DNA of 64,000 nt from Candidatus Cloacimonadales bacterium (GCA_963662585.1 OY759729.1:2816001-2880000); one strand, 5' to 3'; counted from the first letter of the stretch, positions 49,539-61,043 are shown. Numbers and translations: made by a program. The notes: generated from the letters alone by a model not told the origin.

Positions 49539-51920
49539 ATGCGTAAAGCTTTAAAAATTAGTTTGCTATTAGGGACTATTGCTGTTCTTTTAGCTCTAAC
49601 TGCATGTGGAGTTGATGGTGATTATAAAAGCAATAAGGCACCTCAAATAAGTATTACTTCATGGGAAGGTGCTGAAAATGAAAGTGCTGCTCAAGATTTA
49701 GATAGTCTTGTTTTCCAACAAAAAATTTATTGGAATGCTACTGATGAAGACGGAACAATCGCTGGCGTAGCTTATAGAATCTTAGATGAAAATGGCGATC
49801 CTATTGCTACCCCTGGAAATTCTGTAATCGATGAGATTGGAGAATTAGAATCTATTACTTATGAAGGTGAAGAATTAGTTGGTTGGGTTGTGCATTATAA
49901 AACTGGTGCAGATGAAAATATACCACTAAGTTCAGACCTCGCTAAGAAAACAATCTGGTCACAAGAAAAATATGCTACAATTAATTTCCCAGCTAATGAA
50001 GATGGTCAACCTGCTGTTAAAATTAGTAGCTTTGAAGTAATTAGTATTGATAATAGAGGCGATGTAAGTAATCTTGCTAGAAAGTCTTTTAAAGCAGTAT
50101 CTTCTGTTCCTACTTGTATTCTTTCTACTTCAAGAGGAAATCCTGATGGAAAACAAGTTGGTACCGGATTATTCATTACTTTTGCAATGAGCACCACAAT
50201 TGGTGATCCACTTTCTGTTCCTGGTGCAGATTACTATGAATACAAAGTTGAAAAGTATATTTATGATGAAGATGCTGATTCTCTTGATGTTCCTGAGTTA
50301 TTCGAAGCAGGAGAATGGGTTTCTACAACTTCTCGTGAAGTTCTTTTAACAAAAAATACAAGTCCTTCCTTATCTCCTGATTTTGATGGTATTGATACAG
50401 ATGCTCAGCAACTTACTTTTACCAGAGTTACTGCTCATGCATATAATTATGCAGGTGTTAAATCAAATGATTCAATAATTGAATTTGCAGTAAAAGAAGG
50501 TTTCCACCCTAATACAGTTATCTATCCACAGAAAACTTATGGTTTAGGTGATAATCATTACATAGACTATGTAAATTTAGAAGACCAAGAAAATTATCCT
50601 TATATCTTAAAAGATGGTGCTATACCAATTATCTACGCAACAAAACTATTTACTAATCAGTTAGGTGAAAATATTGCTGTTAATTCAGTGAACTTTAAAC
50701 TTTATGCAAAATGGGGATATTATGGACAGTATGGTAATCGTATCACTACTACTTCAGGTGCAATTGCTACAGTTTATTCTGATAGTCCTTATGATGATGA
50801 AATAGCTCGTGTTCTTAATGAAGCTGATAACAAGGACTACTATTCAGAAATCGTGGCTTATGATATTCGTTTTGATGATGAACCATTCGACTTCTTCGCT
50901 TTATCCCAAGATCCAGAAAATATAGTTACTCATGAAGATGGAACTCAATGGTTAAGAGTACCTAAGAATAGTGTATGGTCAATTTCTAAAGGCCTTGAAT
51001 TAGGTAATCTAGAGAATGGTATGCATAAATTAGAAATTAGTGCTGTAGATTTACAGTATGAATATGACCCTACTCCTGCAGTATTTGAATTTAATCTTGT
51101 TGAGAATGTTCCAGCTTCTGAAAGAGAGGGTGTAATGGTTCTTGGAGCTTCTAGTTTCCCTACTTGGTCTACTACTCAAGTTTACGCAGACTCTGTATAT
51201 CAAGAAGTGCTTAGTGGTTTCTCAGGTGTTGAATTCTTCAGTAGAAATGAGATTAATGCTGCAACAGGTTTATCAATAAATGCTTGTAATCTCTCATATT
51301 CTGACTTACAGAATTATAAAACAATAATTTATAGAGAAGAAATTGTAGGTAATACTTATTTTGCTGATGATTATGATGCCCTCAAACTATATGTAAATAG
51401 TGGTGGAAACATTATCTTAAGTGCTGCTGGTAATCTAAAATCAATTAATGATGTTATGGTTAACAGAAATCGTAGTATGTTTACAAGTTATTTCGGCATT
51501 AATTTTAGTAAAACTGCTATTAATGTTGTACCTTCAGGTAAATATTACTTTGATAAATTTATGCCAACTAGTGAAATTTCTTCTTTACCTAATCTTCCAG
51601 AATTAGATGTCTATTTAGGACATTCTCATAACTTCCTTGTATATCAAAGAAATGCTATAGCAGATGTTTCTTATTTTGCAGAGAATTATGCCTTCCCTGA
51701 TGATCCTTTTGCTAAAGTTATTTATAATTCTGATATCAAAACAGTAGGAGAAGATACATGGGCTCCTACAAGTGAGGAAGAGTATAATCTCTATAATAAT
51801 ATTCCATTAGCAGTTGGTAAAGTAACAACTCAAAACAAATGTTTTGCTTTCGGTTTCCCATTATCATTCATGGAAAAGACAGAGTTAGTTCAATTATTTA
51901 ATGAACTTCTAAATGATTAA
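49539..51920 (+). CDS. Large acidic lipoprotein, function unknown
   Basis: GGAGG RBS; lipobox LALTAC; Ig-like segments. Confidence 0.7.
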   Translation: MRKALKISLLLGTIAVLLALTACGVDGDYKSNKAPQISITSWEGAENESAAQDLDSLVFQQKIYWNATDEDGTIAGVAYRILDENGDPIATPGNSVIDEIGELESITYEGEELVGWVVHYKTGADENIPLSSDLAKKTIWSQEKYATINFPANEDGQPAVKISSFEVISIDNRGDVSNLARKSFKAVSSVPTCILSTSRGNPDGKQVGTGLFITFAMSTTIGDPLSVPGADYYEYKVEKYIYDEDADSLDVPELFEAGEWVSTTSREVLLTKNTSPSLSPDFDGIDTDAQQLTFTRVTAHAYNYAGVKSNDSIIEFAVKEGFHPNTVIYPQKTYGLGDNHYIDYVNLEDQENYPYILKDGAIPIIYATKLFTNQLGENIAVNSVNFKLYAKWGYYGQYGNRITTTSGAIATVYSDSPYDDEIARVLNEADNKDYYSEIVAYDIRFDDEPFDFFALSQDPENIVTHEDGTQWLRVPKNSVWSISKGLELGNLENGMHKLEISAVDLQYEYDPTPAVFEFNLVENVPASEREGVMVLGASSFPTWSTTQVYADSVYQEVLSGFSGVEFFSRNEINAATGLSINACNLSYSDLQNYKTIIYREEIVGNTYFADDYDALKLYVNSGGNIILSAAGNLKSINDVMVNRNRSMFTSYFGINFSKTAINVVPSGKYYFDKFMPTSEISSLPNLPELDVYLGHSHNFLVYQRNAIADVSYFAENYAFPDDPFAKVIYNSDIKTVGEDTWAPTSEEEYNLYNNIPLAVGKVTTQNKCFAFGFPLSFMEKTELVQLFNELLND

Positions 51921-51940
51921 TAAAATAAATAACAAATAAA

Positions 51941-51974
51941 ATAAAAAATGGCAACGCAAGTTGCCATTTTTTAT
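51941..51974 (+). terminator. Intrinsic terminator
   Basis: aaaaaatggcaac-gcaa-gttgccatttttt. Confidence 0.8.
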
Positions 51975-51992
51975 TGAAAAAAGGAAATTATA

Positions 51993-52892
51993 ATGAAATG
52001 TAAGACTTTTTTACTTCTCTTTATTTTGACAGCAGTTTTGTTTGGATGTACTAGTTATGGTAAAGCTTCAAATCCTCTAGATGGCGGAGAAATGATGTTT
52101 TGGAAAGTGTCTGATGAAGACAGTTGTGTTTATCTTCTAGGTTCAATGCACTTTGGTAAAGCAGAGTTTTATCCAATGCCTACCGTCATAGAATCTGCTT
52201 ATCAAAATAGTGACCTTTTAGGTGTAGAAATTGATATGCTTAGCATTGATACTAACGCAATGCAGATGTCTTTGATTCAGAATATGTCTTATACAGATGG
52301 TACTAATTTAATTGATCATATCAGCCCTCAAACAATAGAATTATTAAGTTCTTATCTACAAGAGAAAGGACTGAGTATTGATAGTTTTGGGAATATGAAG
52401 CCTGGAATGATCACTATGTCTAGTTCGGCAATGGAAGCACAATTAGCAGGACTAAATGCAGAATATGGAATAGATATGCATTACCTTAAAAAAGCAAAAG
52501 AAGATGATAAAACTATTGTTGAATTTGAGTCAATAGACAGTCAACTTAACATGCTTTTTGCTGATGAAGAGGTTGCTGAAGGTATGCTCTATAGTACCCT
52601 AAAAGAATCAAAAGATTTCAAACTTATGTTAGATTCACTGGCTACTATCTGGCAAGCAGGTGATGCAAGAGCGATGAATGAATTATTGACTCAAGCTGAA
52701 ACGCAAGAAGAAGGTAAATATTTAGAGACTCTTTTTGGAGATAGAGATGTTAAGATGACCAATAAAATCGAAGAAATTCTTGCAGAGGATAAGTCTGGAT
52801 TTATAATTTTAGGAGCTGGACATTTTGTTAATGATACTGGAATTATTAACAGATTGGCTACTTCAAAAAAGTATAAAATAGTAAAATACTAA
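51993..52892 (+). CDS. TraB/GumN family lipoprotein
   Basis: LFGC lipobox; YLLGSMH, GID, ES..SQ, RD..M and GAGHF motifs. Confidence 0.88.
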   Translation: MKCKTFLLLFILTAVLFGCTSYGKASNPLDGGEMMFWKVSDEDSCVYLLGSMHFGKAEFYPMPTVIESAYQNSDLLGVEIDMLSIDTNAMQMSLIQNMSYTDGTNLIDHISPQTIELLSSYLQEKGLSIDSFGNMKPGMITMSSSAMEAQLAGLNAEYGIDMHYLKKAKEDDKTIVEFESIDSQLNMLFADEEVAEGMLYSTLKESKDFKLMLDSLATIWQAGDARAMNELLTQAETQEEGKYLETLFGDRDVKMTNKIEEILAEDKSGFIILGAGHFVNDTGIINRLATSKKYKIVKY

Positions 52893-52918
52893 ATTATTTA
52901 AATTTGTTATTGACATAT

Positions 52919-52962
52919 AAAGCAAGAACTTTTTGATAAAGAAAAAGTTCTTGCTTTTTTTT
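52919..52962 (+). terminator. Intrinsic terminator
   Basis: aaagcaagaacttttt-N7-aaaaagttcttgcttt followed by a T tract. Confidence 0.75.
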
Positions 52963-52985
52963 ATAAAAAAGGAGACTCGTAATAA

Positions 52986-54224
52986 ATGAATTTAGCTGTA
53001 GATTTACATTCGCATTCTGGATATGCTGGTGGAGTAGGGACTATTCTTCTGGAAGATATTTCGCAAACAATGAAGAAAAAAGGGATCGATGTTTTTGGTA
53101 CAGGGGATGTTTTACTACCTCAAAGATATCAGGAGTTAGAAGAGATTCTTAAAGATTGTGGGAATGGACTTTATAAATTAGATAGTCAAGATAGTTCTTC
53201 TTTTTTACTTCAAACTGAAGTTATTCTTACTGTGAAGTTACCTGCTTATAAAAACAAGACAGTAGCTCATCATATTATTCTTTTCCCAAATTTCATATCT
53301 GTCAAAAAGTGTGCCAAGCTTATGGATAAATGGAAGCAAAAGAACACAATTGGAAGACCTTTTATAGTCTCAGAAAATCGAGAAGAGATGATTGCACATC
53401 TTAATGAGATTATTGCAATTCATCCTGAGATTGAGATTATTCCTGCTCACATTATGACTCCTGATGGGGTAATGGGTTGCAAGAATATGCTAACTGATAT
53501 TGAAGAATTTTATGGATCTTTCCTACCTAATATTCATGCTGTAGAAACTGGCTTGAGTGCAGATCCTGAACAACTAGAGCAAATACCAAAAATAGCTGAC
53601 CTTACTTTCATTTCCAATAGTGATTGTCATAGTTCTGCATTAAATAGGGTTGGTCGGGAATTCACTATACTAGATGTGGAGAATATTTCATATAGTAGTA
53701 TTATTACAGCTATTAGAAAGAATAAGGTAGTTTTAACTGCTGAATTTAATCCTGCAGAAGGCCGGTATTTTAAAACTGGGCACTCAGCTAAAAGGCATGT
53801 AAATAAAGAAGAGTTCCTGATTGAAGCACGAAGCTCTGAAGATTTAATATGTCCTATCTGTCATAAAAAAATGGTTTTAGGTGTTTTTGATAGAGTGAAG
53901 CAGTTAAAAGATGAAACTATTATCCCTAAAACAAGAAAATCTCTTCACTTGATTCCTTTAGTTGAAGTTATCTCTAATTCACTATCTTTGAAGAGTATCA
54001 CTTCTGTCAAAGTAACTAAAATATATGACGAAATAATTACACATTTTTCTACTGAAATAGGATTATGGTTAGCAAGTGAAGAAGAAATTAGAGAACTTCT
54101 TGACAAATATATTCCTGCAGAAACATTGAATGCAATTCTCGCTGTAAAGGATGGAAGATTTGAATTCTCTCCTCCTGGTTATGATGGAGAATATGGTAAG
54201 TTAATAATAGAAAATAAAATATAA
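52986..54224 (+). CDS. Endonuclease Q family (PHP domain plus Zn ribbon)
   Basis: DLHSHS, GTGD, PAHI.TP, ETGLSADP, SNSDCHS, GREF, CPIC and PGYDGEYG motifs. Confidence 0.85.
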   Translation: MNLAVDLHSHSGYAGGVGTILLEDISQTMKKKGIDVFGTGDVLLPQRYQELEEILKDCGNGLYKLDSQDSSSFLLQTEVILTVKLPAYKNKTVAHHIILFPNFISVKKCAKLMDKWKQKNTIGRPFIVSENREEMIAHLNEIIAIHPEIEIIPAHIMTPDGVMGCKNMLTDIEEFYGSFLPNIHAVETGLSADPEQLEQIPKIADLTFISNSDCHSSALNRVGREFTILDVENISYSSIITAIRKNKVVLTAEFNPAEGRYFKTGHSAKRHVNKEEFLIEARSSEDLICPICHKKMVLGVFDRVKQLKDETIIPKTRKSLHLIPLVEVISNSLSLKSITSVKVTKIYDEIITHFSTEIGLWLASEEEIRELLDKYIPAETLNAILAVKDGRFEFSPPGYDGEYGKLIIENKI

Positions 54225-54246
54225 TTTGTACTAATGGAGGTACACT

Positions 54247-55491
54247 ATGGAAATTCGTGATTTTATACCTAAAAGATTTGAAAAGCTAGCAGAACAGTTA
54301 AATAATAATGAAGCAGTAATACTCTTTAGTAACGAAGTTACACATGCAGTGAATCGTTTTGAACAAGATAAGAACTTTCTTTATTTCACAGGTTTAGAGA
54401 TTCCTAATGCCAGATTAGTAGTTACCAAGCTTTCTGATAAATTGACTTCTGTTCTCTATATAGAAAGAAACATTCCAGAAAAAATAGTGTGGGATGGAGC
54501 AAAGATGTATCCTGAAGAGGCTACTGAAATATCTACAATTCAAAATGTTCTTTTTACTGATCAATTCGAAGCAAACATAGCAGCATTTTTCGCAGCTCAA
54601 GATATAAAAAAGGTCTATTTAAACTTCCAAGCTGGAGAAATGAATAAGCCACTTAATTTAAGATTATATTTTGCTGAAGAGTTAAAGAGAAGGCTTCCTG
54701 AGATTATAGTCAGTGATTTTAGTACTGTCGTAAGACCGCTCAGACAGATCAAAGATGAGTTTGAATTAGAACAGATGCAAAAGGCTATTGATATCACTGG
54801 TGAAGGATTAGATGTTATTTTTAATTTTGCAGAAGCTGGTATGTTTGAATTTGAATTAGAAGCAATGCTATATAATGAAATGCTATCAAGTGGTTTCAGA
54901 TTCTGGGGATTCACTCCAATTATAGCCAATGGAAAAAATGCTACAACTTTACACTATATTGATAATGATACTGAAATAGCAGAAGATGCTATGGTTCTTT
55001 GCGATGTAGGAGCTTCCTGTTATGGTTATAGTGCTGATATTACCAGAACTTTCCCTATTGGTGAGAAATTCACTCCAAGAGGAAAAGAAGTATATCAAGA
55101 AGTCTTGAATGTTCAGAAAGAGATCATTGAAATGATTAAACCTGGAGTCACTATGGTTCAACTAAATGCCAGAACAAACGAATTAATCACTAAGGCTTGT
55201 CATAAGTTAGGATTAATTAAAGAGGATAGTGAATTCAGAAAGTACTATATGCATTCTATAGGTCATCATCTAGGTTTAGATACTCATGATGTTGGCTTAA
55301 GAAATTCTGTACTTGAAGCAGGAATGGTGATTACTGTTGAACCAGGACTATATATTCCTGAAGAATCAATTGGAGTTAGAATTGAAGATGATATCTTAGT
55401 AACAGAGACTGGTTATAGAGTATTATCAGAAAATATTCCAAAAGAAGTAGAAGTCTTAGAAACAATCAGAAAGGCTGCATTAAATCGATGA
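54247..55491 (+). CDS. pepP: Xaa-Pro aminopeptidase (M24B)
   Basis: DVGA, ADITRTFP, HSIGHHLGLDTHD, TVEPGLY and GVRIEDD motifs. Confidence 0.93.
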   Translation: MEIRDFIPKRFEKLAEQLNNNEAVILFSNEVTHAVNRFEQDKNFLYFTGLEIPNARLVVTKLSDKLTSVLYIERNIPEKIVWDGAKMYPEEATEISTIQNVLFTDQFEANIAAFFAAQDIKKVYLNFQAGEMNKPLNLRLYFAEELKRRLPEIIVSDFSTVVRPLRQIKDEFELEQMQKAIDITGEGLDVIFNFAEAGMFEFELEAMLYNEMLSSGFRFWGFTPIIANGKNATTLHYIDNDTEIAEDAMVLCDVGASCYGYSADITRTFPIGEKFTPRGKEVYQEVLNVQKEIIEMIKPGVTMVQLNARTNELITKACHKLGLIKEDSEFRKYYMHSIGHHLGLDTHDVGLRNSVLEAGMVITVEPGLYIPEESIGVRIEDDILVTETGYRVLSENIPKEVEVLETIRKAALNR

Positions 55492-55979
55492 TTAAGAAAA
55501 AAATAGCAATCTACCCGGGTACTTTTGACCCAATAACTCTCGGGCATATCAATATAGTTAAAAAGGCTTCTGAGATGTTTGATGAAGTAATAATGGCTAT
55601 TGCCAAAGATAACTATAAAGAGACTTTTTTTACTTTAGAAGAGAGAACTGCTTTATGTCAAGAGGCTCTCAGCGATATACCCAATGCCAGAGCTGAATCT
55701 TTTGAAGGACTGGTAGTAGATTTTGCTAAGAAATTAGGAACTAATATTATGATTCGTGGCTTAAGAGCTGTTTCAGATTTTGAATATGAACTGCAATTAG
55801 CTTTGATGAACAAGAAACTAAGTTGTGAAATAGAGACTATTTTCTTAGTACCACGCTTCGAATTTCTTTATCTTTCTTCCAGTATGGTGAGAAATATCGC
55901 TTCTGTGGGTGGAGATGTCGAAACATTAGTTCCTAAATGTGTTGCAGATGTTCTGAAACAAAGGAGAGGATTGAAATAA
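55488..55979 (+). CDS. coaD: Phosphopantetheine adenylyltransferase
   Basis: YPGTFDPITLGH, RGLRAVSDFEYE and SSS motifs. Confidence 0.97.
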   Translation: MIKKKIAIYPGTFDPITLGHINIVKKASEMFDEVIMAIAKDNYKETFFTLEERTALCQEALSDIPNARAESFEGLVVDFAKKLGTNIMIRGLRAVSDFEYELQLALMNKKLSCEIETIFLVPRFEFLYLSSSMVRNIASVGGDVETLVPKCVADVLKQRRGLK

Positions 55980-55980
55980 G

Positions 55981-57333
55981 ATGAATCAATCAACTGATAG
56001 AATTCTTCCTTATGATGTTAATGCTGAAGCTGCAGTATTAAGTGCCATGATGTTGGATAATGTTGCAGCTTCCACAGCAATTTCAGAATTAGAGGATAAC
56101 TATTTCTACAGAACTGCCCATAAGATAATTTTTCAAGCTATGAAAGACTTGTATCGAGATAGTATTGAAATTGATTTAGTTACTCTTTCAGCCAGATTAC
56201 AGCCCAATAACTTGAGTGAGAAAGTAGGGGGTAGTGATTATCTTAATAAAATATCAGATTTTGTTTTATCTACGGCAAATATCTCTTATCACTTGAAGAT
56301 TGTTAAAGAGAAAGCTCTGCTAAGAGAATTAATAGTTACTTCAAATAGTATTATCGAGAAGTGTTATACTGCAGAAGAGGAAGTAGAAGAAATAGTTGAT
56401 AGTGCTGAACAGATGATTTATAATGTTACTAATAAGAGAAGCACAAACTATTTTAAAGATATTGCCACTATCATGGGGGAGACCCTTGAAAATATTAATG
56501 AGGTTGCTACCTCCCATACTTCTGTAATTGGAGTTTCTACTGGATTCACTGATTTAGACAGGAAAACAGGTGGATTTAAGCCTGGTCAGTTGATAGTTCT
56601 AGCTGCTCGTCCAGCTATGGGTAAAACTGCCTTGGCTCTTAATATTGCTTTTAATGCTATCACTCATCATAATAAAAAAGTTGCTGTCTTCACAATGGAG
56701 ATGGAAGGTGATGAATTGCTTAAGAGAATGCTCTCTGCTGCTTCAGAAGTTCCTATGGATGCTATTTTGAAAGGCTTTGGTATGACTGATGAAAAAATGT
56801 TAAGAATTACCAATTATGGTATGATGCTTTCTGAAAAAAAGCTTTTTATCGATGATTCAGGTACAAACTCCCCTTTAGAAATTAGAGCAAAGTTACGCAG
56901 ACTTAAATCTGAAGCAAAGGGTCTTGATTTAGTCTTAATAGATTATCTTCAATTAATGTCTTCTCAAAGATTTAAAGATAACAGACAGCAGGAAATTGCT
57001 GAAATATCCAGAGCACTAAAGATCCTCGCTAAAGAGTTAGGTGTTCCCGTTATTGCTCTTTCTCAGTTAAATCGTGGTTTAGAATCTCGTGAAGATAAAA
57101 GGCCAAGACTTGCCGACTTGCGTGAATCCGGAGCCATTGAGCAGGATGCAGATATGGTGATGTTTATCTACCGCGATGAATACTATAATGAAGATTCTGC
57201 TGATAAAGGAATTGCCGAAGTTATTATAGGAAAGAACAGACATGGTGCTGTGGGTACTGCTAAATTAGTATTTATTCCACACTTAACAGCTTTTAGGAAT
57301 TTAGAACGAAGTAATACTGAAGTTGAGATATGA
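55981..57333 (+). CDS. dnaB: Replicative DNA helicase
   Basis: AARPAMGKT, DYLQLM, LSQLNR and DLRESGAIEQDAD motifs; no intein. Confidence 0.97.
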   Translation: MNQSTDRILPYDVNAEAAVLSAMMLDNVAASTAISELEDNYFYRTAHKIIFQAMKDLYRDSIEIDLVTLSARLQPNNLSEKVGGSDYLNKISDFVLSTANISYHLKIVKEKALLRELIVTSNSIIEKCYTAEEEVEEIVDSAEQMIYNVTNKRSTNYFKDIATIMGETLENINEVATSHTSVIGVSTGFTDLDRKTGGFKPGQLIVLAARPAMGKTALALNIAFNAITHHNKKVAVFTMEMEGDELLKRMLSAASEVPMDAILKGFGMTDEKMLRITNYGMMLSEKKLFIDDSGTNSPLEIRAKLRRLKSEAKGLDLVLIDYLQLMSSQRFKDNRQQEIAEISRALKILAKELGVPVIALSQLNRGLESREDKRPRLADLRESGAIEQDADMVMFIYRDEYYNEDSADKGIAEVIIGKNRHGAVGTAKLVFIPHLTAFRNLERSNTEVEI

Positions 57334-58064
57334 GTCTGATCGCAAAGTTAGGTGCTTTTGTAATATTTAACGGGAAAGTAATTGAACAGATTCCTTTTAT
57401 CTTTAAACGAAGATACTATTTCCTACGAGTATGCAAAAAGATAGGGCTAGATTCCTTATGGTTGATTATTATCACTTCTATATTTACAGGATTCGTAACA
57501 GCCTTGCAAGCAATTTATCAGACACAAGGAAGAATACCTCTGAACTATCTTGGAGTTTTAGTAGAGAAATCAGTGATTATAGAATTAGCTCCGGTGCTTA
57601 CCGCTTTAGTCTTAACTGGCAAAATAGGAGCTGCTCTTACAGCTGAAATTGGAACAATGAAAGTAACAGAACAAGTTGATGCTTTGGAATCAATGGCTAT
57701 AAGTCCCTATAACTTCATTTATATGCCTCGTATCCTTGCTGGGGCAGTTATGGTGCCAGTACTTACAATATTCTCAATGTTAGTAGGAATCTTATCAGGT
57801 TATTTCTTTTCTGTTTTTAAATACCAAATCTCTTTTTATACTTTCTTCTCCAATATGCAGAACTACTTCACGATGAGCGATGTAAATGGGGGCTTAATTA
57901 AAGCTTTTGCCTTTGGAGTAACAATTACTTCAATAGCTTGTTTTCAAGGTGACAGGACTGCTAATGGCTCCGAGGGAGTAGGTATTTCCACAACAAACAC
58001 TGTGGTCTATTCATCGATAATGATTCTTGTCTTAGACTTCTTTGTTGCCTGGATATTATTTTGA
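57330..58064 (+). CDS. mlaE: MlaE-family ABC permease
   Basis: ELAPVLTAL, AEIGTMKVTEQVDAL and GVG.STT..VV motifs. Confidence 0.9.
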   Translation: MSLIAKLGAFVIFNGKVIEQIPFIFKRRYYFLRVCKKIGLDSLWLIIITSIFTGFVTALQAIYQTQGRIPLNYLGVLVEKSVIIELAPVLTALVLTGKIGAALTAEIGTMKVTEQVDALESMAISPYNFIYMPRILAGAVMVPVLTIFSMLVGILSGYFFSVFKYQISFYTFFSNMQNYFTMSDVNGGLIKAFAFGVTITSIACFQGDRTANGSEGVGISTTNTVVYSSIMILVLDFFVAWILF

Positions 58065-58072
58065 GGTGTAAG

Positions 58073-59146
58073 ATGAAAAGAAACTATTATTTTAGTATTA
58101 TATTTTTTGCTATGATATTACTTTTAATTGCTTGTAAATCTGAGATTAAAGAAGATAATATTCTTGTGGAAGAGGCTGTTCCGAAAGAGATTATTGTTAC
58201 AGATTCTTTGTATGTATTAGCTACTGAAGACTTTTTTGAACTCAACTTAGTTGATACTTTAGCTCAGGGATTCCTAGAAAAGAGTCATACTAAGATTATC
58301 TGGGAGAATGGTGGCACTAAGAAACAGCTTATTGACAAGCTAGCCGAAAGTAGTTTTATTAGCTATCCTGATCTTGTTCTAGGCCTATCAAATGTTTTCC
58401 AAACTGAGTTAGATAGTTTAGATATTTTCCGTAAACTTGACGATCTTTATTTCTCTAAAGTTAGATCAAATAATAGATTTGACAAAGACAAAAGATTTGT
58501 TCCTTACCAATATTCTTATCTTGCTTTAATTAAAAAAAGTAGCAATAAAAGTGAAATGCCAATTAGTTTTGGTGTGATGCAAAAGGAAGAGTATTTTGAT
58601 AAAATTATTATCCCTGATGCATTGAATACCGAAATAGGCAGAGCACTCTTTAATAGTATTGAAGGAGTTTTCAAATTTCATGGTTATGCTGCCTGCTGGA
58701 ATAGAATTAAAGGAAGTATTTTCCTGATAGTAGATGATGAAAAAGAGGCTTTTGACAAGTTCTGGGAATACGATGATAAATATCTTTTTTACCCCGTTAC
58801 TAAAGTAATAGATGGTTATGCTGCTGGATATCCACAAACCATGGATTACTCTTATATGGCAGAGGGAAGTTATAAACTTATCCATTCTTCAGCTATTACC
58901 AAGCGATGTAAAAATAGCACCAAAGCAGAAGTTTTTCTTCTTTGGTTACACAGACCAGAAACTCAGTCTTTAATTGTAAAAGCCACAAATTGGTATCCAA
59001 TTGTAGAAGTTGCTTCTAAAAGTGAAGGACATAGGATTATTGATTATCCTAAAACTGTTATGAATAATAAAATCAATCAGAAGGTCGTAGCCAAATATCT
59101 TTCCGAATGGTTAGACTTCTGGAAAATATATAAGGCGAAGTTTTAA
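58073..59146 (+). CDS. ABC substrate-binding lipoprotein (thiamine/iron-binding-like)
   Basis: LIAC lipobox; PDLV.GL, VPY...Y and A..FL..L...E.Q patterns. Confidence 0.55.
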   Translation: MKRNYYFSIIFFAMILLLIACKSEIKEDNILVEEAVPKEIIVTDSLYVLATEDFFELNLVDTLAQGFLEKSHTKIIWENGGTKKQLIDKLAESSFISYPDLVLGLSNVFQTELDSLDIFRKLDDLYFSKVRSNNRFDKDKRFVPYQYSYLALIKKSSNKSEMPISFGVMQKEEYFDKIIIPDALNTEIGRALFNSIEGVFKFHGYAACWNRIKGSIFLIVDDEKEAFDKFWEYDDKYLFYPVTKVIDGYAAGYPQTMDYSYMAEGSYKLIHSSAITKRCKNSTKAEVFLLWLHRPETQSLIVKATNWYPIVEVASKSEGHRIIDYPKTVMNNKINQKVVAKYLSEWLDFWKIYKAKF

Positions 59147-59610
59147 TGAACAAAAAGTTTAAAGTTGTTTTGTATCAACCTGAGATTCCTAGTAATACAG
59201 GGAATATTGGTAGAATATGTGTCGGAGCTAATTTAGAATTACATATCATTAAACCAATGAGATTTTTGCTCAACGACAAGTTAGTTAAGAGAGCAGGATT
59301 AGATTATTGGCATAAATTAGATATAACTATTCATGATTCACTAGAAGTTTTTTTAGCAAAGTATCCAGATATAAATGTCTATTATTGTACTACCAAAACA
59401 GACAAGTCTTATACCAAACTTCAATATCATAAAGGTGATGCTTTTATTTTCGGACCTGAATCAAGAGGAATCCCTGAAGATATTCTCTTTAGTAATAGGG
59501 ATAAGAATATTACTATTCCTATGACTGGTGACATAAGATCTATTAATCTTTCCAACAGTGTGGCAATTATTCTTTTTGAAGCTCTTAGACAGATAGATTT
59601 TGAGTTTTAA
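59146..59610 (+). CDS. trmL: tRNA (cytidine(34)-2'-O)-methyltransferase
   Basis: PEIPSNTGNIGR, RAGLDYW, FGPESRG and RSINLSN motifs. Confidence 0.95.
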   Translation: MNKKFKVVLYQPEIPSNTGNIGRICVGANLELHIIKPMRFLLNDKLVKRAGLDYWHKLDITIHDSLEVFLAKYPDINVYYCTTKTDKSYTKLQYHKGDAFIFGPESRGIPEDILFSNRDKNITIPMTGDIRSINLSNSVAIILFEALRQIDFEF

Positions 59611-59749
59611 CACGAACTGTTTAAAATTACTTTTCACCACAAAGACACAAAGACCACCAAAAAGAGTTTCACAAATTCCACCTAGACACAAAAACCTAAA
59701 TGTAGGGGCAAAACATCTTTTGCCCTTCTAAAAAAGAAGAATCAACCTC

Positions 59750-60926
59750 TTCTGTAGGATAGTGGACAACTTGTCCGCTTCATTGCCTTTTTCTGTCGGA
59801 TAGTGGACAACTTTGTCCGCTTCATAACCATAGCAATGATGTAGAAATCATGGAATGAAAGCCATCTTACATCCCGGAGGGATAGCATATAATAGGGAGT
59901 GTTCGCATGACACTCCTAGAGCCACTACCAAAAGATAGCCCTGGAAGTGCGACATATACCAGCTATTGCTAGTTAAATCCTTTCATCATAATCGTAATTG
60001 TACAATAATATGTGCCATCTTCTGTCGGATAGTGGACAACCTATCCGCTTCATTGCCATAGCAATGATGTAGAAATCATGGAATGAAAGCCATCTTACAT
60101 CCCGGAGGGATAACATATAATAGGGAGTGTTCGCAAGAAACTCCTAGAGCCACGACCAAAAGATAGCCCTGGAGGGGCGACATATACCAGCTATTGCTAG
60201 TTAAGTCCTTTCATCATAATCGTAATTGTACAATAATATGTGCCATCTTCTGTTAGATAGTGGACAACTTTGTCCGCTTCATTGCCATAGCAATGATGTA
60301 GAAATCATGGAATGAAAGCCATCTTACATCCCGGAGGGATAGCATATAATAGGGAGTGTTCGCAAGACACTCCTAGAGTCACGACCCAAAGATAGCCCTG
60401 GAGGGGCGACATATACCAGCTATTGCTAGTTAAGTCCTTTCATCATAATCGTAATTGTACAATAATATGTGCCATCTTCTGTAGGATAGTGGACAAATTG
60501 TCCGCTTCATTGCCATAGCAATGATGTAGAAATCATGGAATGAAAGCCATCTTACATCCCGGAGGGATAGCATATAATAGGGAGTGTTCGCAAGACACTC
60601 CTAGAGTCACGACCCAAAGATAGCCCTGGAGGGGCGACATATACCAGCTATTGCTAGTTAAGTCCTTTCATCATAATCGTAATTGTACAATAATATGTGC
60701 CATCTTCTGTAGGATAGTGGACAAATTGTCCGCTTCATTGCCATAGCAATGATGTAGAAATCATGGAATGAAAGCCATCTTACATCCCGGAGGGATAGCA
60801 TATAATAGGGAGTGTTCGCAAGACACTCCTAGAGCCACTACCAAAAGATAGCCCTGGAGGGGCGACATATACCAGCTATTGCTAGTTAAGTCCTTTCATC
60901 ATAATCGTAATTGTACAATAATATGC
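59750..60926 (+). repeat. Tandem array of five ~228-bp multi-hairpin units
   Basis: atcccggagggat recurs at 59871, 60099, 60328, 60556 and 60784. Confidence 0.95.
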
Positions 60927-61043
60927 ATATAATTTTGAATCAATGATTGTCCAACAAACACCTTCATAACTATAAAAAAATATTTGTAATTTATTATTTT
61001 TGTCAGTAAGTATAATGTACACTTATCATCAATTTAAAATTGG

